From Escherichia phage BEK2-2, in the sequence record MN158213.1: a DNA stretch of 44,021 nucleotides; one strand, 5' to 3'. The translations under genes were made by a program, and so were the position numbers. Below are positions 27,883-36,402 of this stretch, piece after piece. Each line of letters begins with the position of its first letter. The stretch's first letter is position 1. The notes under the pieces are model-generated. The model was not told the DNA's origin. It ran no database searches and saw nothing but the letters and a program-made list of their open reading frames with translations.

Positions 27883-28037
27883 AATCCGGAGATTGCAAAA
27901 CACACGGCAGCATGATACGAAGTGCGGTCGTCTACTAACTAGGCAACCAATGCGGGTTGTATTATGCTGAGTGAAAAATGCGGTTTGCAGCCACAGCAGA
28001 TAGCGATCAACTTTTTCATGCGCGTGATTAATATTGG

Positions 28038-28066
28038 TTGCGTCCACCCCGGCACCAGGCTATATT
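28038..28066 (+). promoter_or_regulatory. Putative promoter TTGCGT-N17-TATATT overlapping two ATTGGTTGC motifs
   Basis: Read directly; 28 bp upstream of the 28095 gene. Confidence 0.35.
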
Positions 28067-28094
28067 GGTTGCACACCAACATGAGGACTGAACA

Positions 28095-28400
28095 ATGAAA
28101 GCATTAATCTGGAATTACACAATGGCGGTGGCGAAGCTGTATGAAGCGAAGCACACAGACGGCAACGCAGACGACGCGCGCCAGGTTGTCATCCTGGCCC
28201 AGCAGGGAATCATGCACGCGTTCGACGATATGTTTGCCAGTCTGGACGAACTGGAACCGCTGCGCGTGGCAATCTGCGAATATGCGATGGCTTTTGCCCG
28301 CGAGCGCCTGGCGTATCGCTTCGGGATCGGTGAGACGGCAGTAACAAACGTCGCCCGGATTAAAGCCCAGCGCGAACTATTCGCCCAGCTTGCGAAATAA
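28095..28400 (+). CDS. Hypothetical early protein
   Basis: ATG with GAGGA site; 101 aa. Confidence 0.55.
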   Translation: MKALIWNYTMAVAKLYEAKHTDGNADDARQVVILAQQGIMHAFDDMFASLDELEPLRVAICEYAMAFARERLAYRFGIGETAVTNVARIKAQRELFAQLAK

Positions 28401-28409
28401 GGGGCAAAA

Positions 28410-28679
28410 ATGGACCGCAGACGAGCTAAACGGCTTTCCTGGAGCATTACCCTGCATTGCATACGAATATGGGCTAAGAATGCGAATGAGGGCGATTCTG
28501 TGTTCTGGAGCTATCGCGACGATGTGAAGCCATTAACGCAGACTCGCTACTTGCACCAGTTCGCCAGGGAGCATGGGTTAGCCATAAAAACGTCCTTGCA
28601 ACCAATTGGCGTTCGTATTACATTACGCCGGAAGCCTGCCGTTGAGCGGGTAGGCAAACACTGGAGACTGAGCAAATGA
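28410..28679 (+). CDS. Hypothetical basic early protein
   Basis: ATG with AAGGGG site; tightly packed in the operon. Confidence 0.5.
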   Translation: MDRRRAKRLSWSITLHCIRIWAKNANEGDSVFWSYRDDVKPLTQTRYLHQFAREHGLAIKTSLQPIGVRITLRRKPAVERVGKHWRLSK

Positions 28680-28885
28680 CACCAATGCAAAAAACACTAA
28701 TGGAGGGATTCTCGCAGGAGTTTATCGACCTGGAATCCTGCCACGACGACTACAAGCATTACGGCATCGCTACGGTATGCGACGGCGACAACCTTACCGC
28801 CGACGAGATCGACGAAAGCGAATGCAACCACGACCACCAGCAAGAAATCATCGTGTGCGACAAGTGCGGCACGGTTAAACTTTAA
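28676..28885 (+). CDS. Small acidic Cys-rich (zinc-ribbon-like) protein
   Basis: SCHDD...VCDG...ECNHD...VCDKCG; start overlaps the upstream stop. Confidence 0.5.
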   Translation: MTPMQKTLMEGFSQEFIDLESCHDDYKHYGIATVCDGDNLTADEIDESECNHDHQQEIIVCDKCGTVKL

Positions 28886-28898
28886 AGGAGACAGAGCA

Positions 28899-29423
28899 AT
28901 GAAATTACTATTACGCCGTAAGCACGATGGTCGCATCCTGAAGCCGATCCAGACCCTGGATTCCTACGTCCGCTTACAAAACGCGGCAGGCAATCGGGTG
29001 TGGCGGGCGCCGAAACACACGCTGCCGCAGTTCTTCGACGTACTCACACATGATATTGAGCGCGGCGATGTGCTGCGTGATATTCGCGACGGGCAGCTAT
29101 GGGTCGTGGAGCACACCCACCAGCACGGCTTGCGGTTGAAGTCCGGCATCTTGTTGAAGGGGATGACTTACTTCGGGCTAATCCACTTTGAACGAGTGGG
29201 GCGCAAATACCTCCTTCGCGACCGCCAGCCGCATGAGCGCGCTACTTACGACGCGACCCAGGTGCAATCTAAAATTCGCCAGGCGACGCATGAGATTATT
29301 AATCGCTTTGATGCCGTGACGAATGCGCAGCGCCATGCGCAGGAATACGGCGTTGGATTCATCCGGGTAGAACGAGACGGCAGCATGAACGCCATTGACC
29401 CGCGCTCGGTGATTCTGAAATGA
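28899..29423 (+). CDS. Hypothetical early protein
   Basis: 174 aa with GGAG site. Confidence 0.55.
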   Translation: MKLLLRRKHDGRILKPIQTLDSYVRLQNAAGNRVWRAPKHTLPQFFDVLTHDIERGDVLRDIRDGQLWVVEHTHQHGLRLKSGILLKGMTYFGLIHFERVGRKYLLRDRQPHERATYDATQVQSKIRQATHEIINRFDAVTNAQRHAQEYGVGFIRVERDGSMNAIDPRSVILK

Positions 29424-29642
29424 GTGCGGCTATCCGTGATATGCTGATGCACAACCGCTTTGAGATCGGCGGTCGGGTGTTTCGCAATTACTTCGTGGCG
29501 CGTGCCTGGGCGCGCCATATTGGCAAACCAGAGGGGGCAATACGATGCTACACGTCTTCGCGGTAGTATGTGGCGGTAGTCTGGCGGCCCTGGTGCTGTT
29601 GGCGTCGGTTATTAGTCTGGTTAAATACCTATGGGGCAGATT

Positions 29643-29930
29643 ATGATTCATGATGTGATTTATTGGTTTGGTTTGATCTGCGGGCTATGCCTGCGTACCG
29701 CGGTGCTGTTGGGCATCCTGATGTTCGTCGTATGGCCTGCAGTGGAGGCCGCCAGTATTACCCGCATGACGTTCGAGGTATACAAGCGCCACGGGGTCAC
29801 GGAGCACCCGACCAGGTTGCGCATGTGGTGGCTGTGGTATCGGGATATGATAGGCGGGCGAACATTCGAAGCCGTCCGGTCGAGTGGATGGGAGTGGAAA
29901 GGCGTCGGCAAGTGGTCCATTTTCGATTAA
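29643..29930 (+). CDS. Small membrane protein
   Basis: Hydrophobic N-terminal half; start placed at MIHDVIYW (ORF track begins at 29631). Two shorter upstream ORFs (29420-29566, 29544-29645) are below the track cutoff. Confidence 0.4.
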   Translation: MIHDVIYWFGLICGLCLRTAVLLGILMFVVWPAVEAASITRMTFEVYKRHGVTEHPTRLRMWWLWYRDMIGGRTFEAVRSSGWEWKGVGKWSIFD

Positions 29931-29947
29931 TTATGCAAGCGTGATAT

Positions 29948-29982
29948 AGTCCCAGTGAGATAAAACTTACTGGGACTTTTTT
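29948..29982 (+). terminator. Intrinsic terminator-like hairpin just upstream of the holin gene
   Basis: Hairpin agtcccagtgagataaaacttactgggact followed by TTTTTT. Confidence 0.5.
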
Positions 29983-30273
29983 ATGGATAAGCTAAACGAG
30001 TGGTTATTCGCCCTCGCGTGCCTTGCAGGTGGCTTTGTTGGCGCCCGCATTCACGGCGAGGCTACGAAAGGGCCGCTAAACTTCGTTTTATATATCGTGG
30101 TCGGCTTCTTGTGTGCCGTTTTTGGCGCTCCAGCGATTGCCGAGTGGGCTGGCTTATCTGGCGAGCGCACTGTCGCCGGTTTGGGCTTCGTAACTGCTAT
30201 CTTCTGGATGCCAATAGCCGCCCGGATCAGGGAGACTATTGAGTCGTTCCGACTTCCGGGGGGCGCAAAATGA
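29983..30273 (+). CDS. Holin (multi-pass membrane protein)
   Basis: 96 aa with hydrophobic helices; immediately upstream of the lysozyme gene. Confidence 0.6.
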   Translation: MDKLNEWLFALACLAGGFVGARIHGEATKGPLNFVLYIVVGFLCAVFGAPAIAEWAGLSGERTVAGLGFVTAIFWMPIAARIRETIESFRLPGGAK

Positions 30274-30515
30274 TTATCTCCGTCCTGTTGTTTGTTATCA
30301 TAGGGGCTTCGTCCCTGTTTAACGTGTATGCGCCGTCCGTCCAGGATGGCATTTTAGGCCGGGTGTTATATCTGCTAACGGCAATGATCTGCGTTATCGG
30401 ATTATTGCAAACAGGAGACGTATCTGACACCACCTGGACCGCGTTAATCTGGCTGTTTGCATTGCGCACGCTGCGTAATGCTGTTTTGAATGGGGTAAAA
30501 CATGCGATTCAGTGA
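30270..30515 (+). CDS. Second small membrane protein (holin or antiholin partner)
   Basis: 81 aa with two hydrophobic segments; overlaps neighbours in the lysis cassette. Confidence 0.45.
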   Translation: MIISVLLFVIIGASSLFNVYAPSVQDGILGRVLYLLTAMICVIGLLQTGDVSDTTWTALIWLFALRTLRNAVLNGVKHAIQ

Positions 30516-30993
30516 TAACGGTCTAAGATTTACGGCAGCATGGGAGACGTTCAGCCCAGTGCCGTATTTCGCGACTAAGAAAGAGCAGGCCCGCGGCCTG
30601 TACACCTGGGGCTATGGTCACACCGGCACTAACCCGCCTCGAAGCATTACCCGAGAGGAAGCGCTGGCGCTACTCAAGCGCGATGTGGCGTATGCCGAGG
30701 CTTGGGTGAATAAATACGCACATCCGAGCATTAACCAGGCGCAATTCGACGCGCTGGTGGACCTGGTTATCAATGCCGGTAATGGCCCGATCGTACCGGA
30801 TAACATCGCGAACGATTTCGATGATGCGGTGCGCCTGGGTGACTGGGCGAAGGTCCGAGCTACGCTGCCACAGTTCCGCAAGCAAGGCGGGGAAGTGCTG
30901 AAGGGGCTAGTCCGTCGAGCAATCGGCAGGCAAGCGCTATTCGACGGTAAGCAGTGGGACGTTGCCGAGAAAATCGGACGTAACGCAGCATAA
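30502..30993 (+). CDS. Endolysin, GH24 phage lysozyme (P22 gp19 / T4 E-like)
   Basis: Matches the lysozyme core by eye: catalytic Glu in AAWETF, GYGHTG, INQAQFDALVDLVINAG. Confidence 0.88.
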   Translation: MRFSDNGLRFTAAWETFSPVPYFATKKEQARGLYTWGYGHTGTNPPRSITREEALALLKRDVAYAEAWVNKYAHPSINQAQFDALVDLVINAGNGPIVPDNIANDFDDAVRLGDWAKVRATLPQFRKQGGEVLKGLVRRAIGRQALFDGKQWDVAEKIGRNAA

Positions 30994-31009
30994 TACGGAG
31001 TAACACAGT

Positions 31010-31417
31010 ATGCTAAAAAGTATTCTTGATCATAACGCCGACGCGCTCGCCGCGCTGGCTAAAACCAAAGACCCAGGCGCACGCGCTATTGTAGCGGATA
31101 CGATCAGCCATGCGGGGGTCTTCGACGCGAAGTTACCCAGCCCGCCGGAAAGTAAGCCGGTGACAAGTGCAACCGTAACTATCACACCGGAATCCGCCGC
31201 AGTTGGTGCGAAGGCCACCGCTTCGGTTGCGGTACAGCCATCCGACGCAACTAACAAGGCCGGGTCGTGGGTGTCGTCTAATCCTGCCTGCGCGGCAATC
31301 GATCAGACTACCGGAGAAATCACAGCCCAAACGGAAGGTGGCGCCCACATCTTTTGGGTGGCATCCGACGGCAGCGGGGTGCTAGCGTCCGCCATCTTCA
31401 CCGTAACGAGAGCATAA
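31010..31417 (+). CDS. Ig-like (Big_2-type) domain protein
   Basis: Ser/Thr/Ala-rich beta-type C-terminal half resembling bacterial Ig-like domains; follows the endolysin gene. Confidence 0.45.
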   Translation: MLKSILDHNADALAALAKTKDPGARAIVADTISHAGVFDAKLPSPPESKPVTSATVTITPESAAVGAKATASVAVQPSDATNKAGSWVSSNPACAAIDQTTGEITAQTEGGAHIFWVASDGSGVLASAIFTVTRA

Positions 31418-31427
31418 GAATAAAACC

Positions 31428-31457
31428 ACAAGCCCGGTTAATTCCGGGCTTTTTATT
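31428..31457 (+). terminator. Intrinsic terminator ending the early/lysis operon
   Basis: Hairpin caagcccggttaattccgggctt followed by TTTTATT. Confidence 0.6.
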
Positions 31458-31661
31458 GCTTGACTTGCAACCAACATAGACGCCATACTGCGACCAACCA
31501 ACGAGAGGAGTATTACACTATGGCACGTAATGATATTTGGGTATTGGCAATCTGGTCCACCGCAGCATTTATCGGTATGGTTATTTGCGAATTGCTATAA
31601 CCCGCCGCAATAGGGACCGTGGTATATTGTCCTCGGTACCATAATCTGGAAGTGAATTAAT

Positions 31662-32804
31662 ATGCACCCGCAAACTAAAATCACCGACGAGCAATTGATC
31701 GCCGAGTTGCAATCCGGCACTACCGCGAAAGAGATTGCGAAGAAGTACGGAATTGCTCTTCGAAATGTCTACATGCGCAAAGCCCGCCTGTCGAAGAAAG
31801 GTATTGGTCACGGTAATGATGCCGTAATTCGTAAGCGCGTTGCCGATGGCTTCGGCGTTAAACGCGTATCCGCCCTGGTGCGCGGAAATGGCGAAGAGGT
31901 CATGTCGTGGGTTATCACTGAGCAGGACAAAGAGCGCCAGCTTGAAGCAATGCGCGCCGTTGTCGAGGGTATGAACAGCGAAATCACACCGGCAGCGCCA
32001 GTAAGCGCCCCACCAGTCCCGATCCAGGCACTTGACCTACTCAACCTGTACACAGTGTCAGACTTCCACCTGGGCATGTTGGCATGGGGCGAGGAGACTG
32101 GCGAGGATTGGGATATGGCAATCGCCGAAGACCTGTTTTACCGCTGGTTTGTCGAAGCCTTCGCACGCGCACCGGACGCAGGCACTGCCGTAATTAATAT
32201 CCTCGGTGATATGGCCCACTTTGACAGCCTTGATGCCGTCACTCCAGCCAGCGGTCACGTACTGGACGCGGATACCCGCTACCAGAAGCTGGTCCGCTAC
32301 ATGATCCGCATGGTGCGCAACGTGGTGGAACTGGCGCTGCAAAAACACCACAAAGTCAAACTGCTAATCGTCCAGGGGAACCATGACGAGTCGGGTATGA
32401 TTTGGCTGGCTGAAATGTTCAATACCCTGTACGAGAACGAGCCGCGCGTCGATGTGGACACGTCCCCGGACGTATACAAGATGGTGCAGCACGGCAAGAC
32501 CACGCTGTTCTTCCACCACGGGCACAAAGCGCGCTTCGATGCTATCGAAACCGTCATGATTTCTAAATTCAGACAGGCTTTCGGGGCCAGCGAGTACAGC
32601 TACGCGCATATAGGCCACTTGCACCACCAGAAGATTGTAGAATCCCGCAACATGATTGTTGAGCAGCACCGGACACTCGCAGCGAAAGACGCCTACGCCA
32701 GTCGTGGCGGTTGGATGAGCGGTCGCAGCGCAAACGTCATCACCTATAGCGCCAACTACGGAGAAGTAGCGCGCTTAACCATTAGCCCGGAAATGTTGAA
32801 GTAA
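31662..32804 (+). CDS. N-terminal HTH fused to calcineurin-like metallophosphoesterase domain
   Basis: Five metallophosphoesterase motifs in order: SDFHLG (DxH), ILGDMAHFD (GDxxD), VQGNHDE (GNHD/E), FFHHGH, HIGHLHH (GHxH); N-terminal segment TAKEIAKKYGIALRNVYMRKARL is HTH-like. Confidence 0.6.
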   Translation: MHPQTKITDEQLIAELQSGTTAKEIAKKYGIALRNVYMRKARLSKKGIGHGNDAVIRKRVADGFGVKRVSALVRGNGEEVMSWVITEQDKERQLEAMRAVVEGMNSEITPAAPVSAPPVPIQALDLLNLYTVSDFHLGMLAWGEETGEDWDMAIAEDLFYRWFVEAFARAPDAGTAVINILGDMAHFDSLDAVTPASGHVLDADTRYQKLVRYMIRMVRNVVELALQKHHKVKLLIVQGNHDESGMIWLAEMFNTLYENEPRVDVDTSPDVYKMVQHGKTTLFFHHGHKARFDAIETVMISKFRQAFGASEYSYAHIGHLHHQKIVESRNMIVEQHRTLAAKDAYASRGGWMSGRSANVITYSANYGEVARLTISPEMLK

Positions 32805-32934
32805 CGGCAACCCATAAGCCTCCCAGCCTGCCGATTTGGTGGGCTTTTTTGTGCCTGTTATAATCCCCCTTAGATGGCAGGGCCGTCTCCTATGTTGCCG
32901 ATGGTCGGCGCATATGAACAAAAGGGCTTATATC

Positions 32935-33486
32935 ATGGCAGAAATTAAAGTTAAGGGCCGACGCGCCAAACTGGACGGACGAGTAGCAGTAACCCCTCGC
33001 CGTAAACCAGGCGAGCAAACCGAGCACACCAATCTCGGACCTGAAATCGAGTACGGAAAGCGCCGTAAAGGCGGCAAATGTGGCCGCCCTACTGACTACC
33101 GATCCGTTTACTGCGACCAGCTTCGCCGCTATTTTGCCGACGCCGACGCATGGCAGGTCAACTACTCCGATAAAGGCGCTGCGCAAGTAATCCCCCGGAA
33201 CAAAATGCCAACCTTCGGCCGATTTGCCGCTGAAATCGGCGTGGGCGTAGCTTGCTTGTATCGCTGGGCGCGTGCGCATGAGGAGTTTGCCGAGGCGATG
33301 GCGGACGCAATGGAGTTGCAGAAAACTTTCCTGATGGAAGCTGGCGGCGTAACCATCGCGGCGGGCTTCGCTACGTTCCTGCTTAAAGCAAACCACGGCG
33401 TCCGCGACGATGTACCGCTGGATGACGACGAAGATGATAACGGCGACGTAGTTGTCGAACCTTCCGGCAAAGGTCAGGGTGAATAA
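32935..33486 (+). CDS. Terminase small subunit
   Basis: TFGRFAAEIGVGVACLYRWA HTH-like core and acidic C-terminus; immediately upstream of the large subunit. Start placed at MAEIKVKG (ORF track begins at 32836). Confidence 0.7.
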   Translation: MAEIKVKGRRAKLDGRVAVTPRRKPGEQTEHTNLGPEIEYGKRRKGGKCGRPTDYRSVYCDQLRRYFADADAWQVNYSDKGAAQVIPRNKMPTFGRFAAEIGVGVACLYRWARAHEEFAEAMADAMELQKTFLMEAGGVTIAAGFATFLLKANHGVRDDVPLDDDEDDNGDVVVEPSGKGQGE

Positions 33487-34871
33487 TGCGTAACTATGCG
33501 GCAGAACACCGCGCACTGGAACGCGCGATCGCAAAGCGCAACCGACCGCCACGCCCGACACGCGTTGCGCAGGCCGTCCGCCTTTACCAGCCTGATTGCT
33601 TGCCGCACCAGGTTGAACTACTGCGCGACACAAAGACTAAAATCCTCGGCCTGTGCTCCGGCTTCGGCGGTGGAAAGTCGTGGGTCGCTGCGCGTAAGGT
33701 CATCCAGCTTTTAACCCTGAACCCAGGTCATGACGGCATCGTTACAGAACCGACTATTCCGCTCCTGGTTAAAATCATGTATCCGGAACTGGAGAAGGCA
33801 TTCGACGAGGCTGGATTCCGGTGGAAGTTCAATAAGCAGGACAAGATTTATAGCGTGCTGGTGAAAGGGAAATGGACCCGCGTTATCTGTGAATCAATGG
33901 AGAACTATACCCGCCTGATCGGGGTCAACGCCGCATGGATTGTCGCCGATGAATTCGACACTACTAAGCAAGACGTCGCGCTGGCGGCGTATCACAAATT
34001 GCTCGGTCGTCTGCGTGCGGGCTTCGTCCGCCAGTTCGTCATCGTGTCAACGCCTGAAGGCTACCGGGCGATGTATCAAATTTTCGAGGTGGAGAAAGAC
34101 AACCAGAAACGCTTGATCCGGGCGAAGACCACGGACAACCACCATTTACCGGCAGACTTTATCGACACGCTGCGCAGTCAGTACCCGGCTAACCTGATTG
34201 ATGCGTACCTGAACGGCCTGTTTGTTAACCTTACGTCGGGCGCGGTGTACAAGATGTTCAACCGAGAGGAGAACGCCAGCACCGAAGAAGTGCAGCCGGA
34301 CGACACGCTGATTATCGGCATGGACTTTAACGTCACTAAGATGGCGGCGGTTGTGTACGTCAGACGGCAGCGAGTCACCGAGAACAAGGAGTTCCGCGAC
34401 GAGATTCACGCGGTGGATGAATTTGTGGACCTGTTTGATACCCCGGCTATGATTGAGGCGATCGAGGAGCGATACCCCGATCATTGTGCTGCCGGTCGTG
34501 TTGTCGTTTACCCGGATAGCAGCGGCAAGTCTCGCAAGACTGTCAACGCATCGTCGTCAGATATCGCGCAACTGGAAGACGCGGGCTTCGAGGTGGAGTA
34601 TGACAGCGTTAACCCGCCTGTGAAAGACCGATTGATCGCGATGAATACGATGATGTGCAACTCGAAGGGCGTGCGCCAGTATTTTGTCAACCTGGATAAA
34701 TGCCCTACACTAGCGAAATGTCTGGAACAGCAGGTTTACGACCTGAAGAAAGGCGAGCCGGATAAGACCGCCGGTGTGGACCACATGAACGATGCCGCGG
34801 GATACCCAATTGCGCACCTGTTCCCAGTGATTCGTCCGATCGCCGTTGTTCCAACTGTAGACTTCTACTAA
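33486..34871 (+). CDS. Terminase large subunit
   Basis: Walker A LCSGFGGGKS, Walker B WIVADEFD, C-terminal nuclease-type acidic residues (GMDFN). Confidence 0.9.
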   Translation: MRNYAAEHRALERAIAKRNRPPRPTRVAQAVRLYQPDCLPHQVELLRDTKTKILGLCSGFGGGKSWVAARKVIQLLTLNPGHDGIVTEPTIPLLVKIMYPELEKAFDEAGFRWKFNKQDKIYSVLVKGKWTRVICESMENYTRLIGVNAAWIVADEFDTTKQDVALAAYHKLLGRLRAGFVRQFVIVSTPEGYRAMYQIFEVEKDNQKRLIRAKTTDNHHLPADFIDTLRSQYPANLIDAYLNGLFVNLTSGAVYKMFNREENASTEEVQPDDTLIIGMDFNVTKMAAVVYVRRQRVTENKEFRDEIHAVDEFVDLFDTPAMIEAIEERYPDHCAAGRVVVYPDSSGKSRKTVNASSSDIAQLEDAGFEVEYDSVNPPVKDRLIAMNTMMCNSKGVRQYFVNLDKCPTLAKCLEQQVYDLKKGEPDKTAGVDHMNDAAGYPIAHLFPVIRPIAVVPTVDFY

Positions 34872-34881
34872 GGAAACGACC

Positions 34882-36402
34882 ATGACCGTTAACGTTGACA
34901 ACCAGCACCCGCTCTATGCGCGCATCGCGCCAGAGTGGAAAATGATCCGCGATTGTGTGGCAGGGGAGCGCGCCGTGAAGGCGTGCGGCCCCTTGTACTT
35001 GCCTCATCCCGCCAGTGGCGACAATACGGACCCGAAAGCACGGGCGCGGTATAAGGCGTACAAGCAACGCGCTGTATTCCTGAACGCCACCGCCCGCACA
35101 CTTAACGCGCTGTTAGGCGTTGCCTTTGCTAAACCGGTAAGTCTGGACCTTTCCGGGGCGATGGCTGACCTGATTGACGACGTAGACGGCAGCGGTATGC
35201 CTCTGCCGCAACTACTGCGCGGTGCTATGTCGGAAGTGCTGCAATCAGGCCGTGCGGGCTTTATGGTGGACTACGATCGCCAGGCGCATTTTGATGAACT
35301 GGGTAACGTAGTTCCGCAGACAGCCGCCGAGATGGCGTCACACCGCCCGCTTATCCGCCTGTACACGGCAGAACAGATCATCAACTGGCGGCAGACCCAC
35401 GGCGTCGATACGCTAATTGTGCTGAAGGAAACGGACGAAATCAGCACCGAAGACCCGGACGACTTCGCAAACCACGAAGTAACAATCTGGACCGAGCTTC
35501 GCATGATTAACGGTGCGGCACACGCCCGCCGCTGGTACTACAACGCGGACACGTCCGAGGTGCAAATGGATTTGCCGCGTGGATTCACCCGCACCGACCT
35601 GGTGCCGCTGGTGGATGCCTCCGGTAATGCGCTTACACAACTTCCGTTTTGCTGGTGTGGTGCGGTGGACAACAACGCAACGCCTGACGCCGCTCCGCTG
35701 GCGGATATCGCATCCATCAACATTAAGCACTACAACGCCGAAGCGGATGTCGCCGAGATTGCGCACATCGTGGGTCAGCCTACTCTGGTGGCAACTGGCT
35801 TGACTCAATCATGGGCGGACAAAAACCTGAAGGGCGGCATTGCCCTCGGTGCGACTAAGGGCGTTATCCTGGGCCAGAACATGGACGCTAAACTGATCCA
35901 GGCGGAGGAGCGCAACTTGTCGGTTGCACTGTGTGAGCGTCGCGAATTGCAAATGGCTAAACTTGGTGCGGCCCTGGTTGAGAAGGGGACTGCACCTAAG
36001 ACGGCGACTGAAGCGGCCTACGATGCGCAGACTGATAACAGTATCCTGTCGCTTATTGCCGGTAACGTTGAGAAGGCTTTCAACCGTGCGCTGCAAATCG
36101 TCCAGCTATTCACGGGCGACACCGCCGACCAGCGTGTGACGCTGAACAAGTTCTACACTGAAATCACGGTTGATGCGCAGCTTATGACCGCGATGATGGC
36201 AGGTGTGCAGACTGGTACGGTCCGACTTGCTGACTTCATCAAGTGGATGATGGCGCAGGGCGTCATAGACGACTCGCAAACCGTCGAGCAGGTGGAAGAC
36301 GAATTGCGAAATCAGAATCCATTGCCTCAAATGTCCCCTGATGCGGTAGAATCTACCGAAGAAGACCCGGACAAGGTAGCGGACAATGGCGAAGACAATT
36401 AA
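34882..36402 (+). CDS. Portal protein
   Basis: 506 aa immediately after the large terminase with an acidic C-terminus. Confidence 0.8.
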   Translation: MTVNVDNQHPLYARIAPEWKMIRDCVAGERAVKACGPLYLPHPASGDNTDPKARARYKAYKQRAVFLNATARTLNALLGVAFAKPVSLDLSGAMADLIDDVDGSGMPLPQLLRGAMSEVLQSGRAGFMVDYDRQAHFDELGNVVPQTAAEMASHRPLIRLYTAEQIINWRQTHGVDTLIVLKETDEISTEDPDDFANHEVTIWTELRMINGAAHARRWYYNADTSEVQMDLPRGFTRTDLVPLVDASGNALTQLPFCWCGAVDNNATPDAAPLADIASINIKHYNAEADVAEIAHIVGQPTLVATGLTQSWADKNLKGGIALGATKGVILGQNMDAKLIQAEERNLSVALCERRELQMAKLGAALVEKGTAPKTATEAAYDAQTDNSILSLIAGNVEKAFNRALQIVQLFTGDTADQRVTLNKFYTEITVDAQLMTAMMAGVQTGTVRLADFIKWMMAQGVIDDSQTVEQVEDELRNQNPLPQMSPDAVESTEEDPDKVADNGEDN

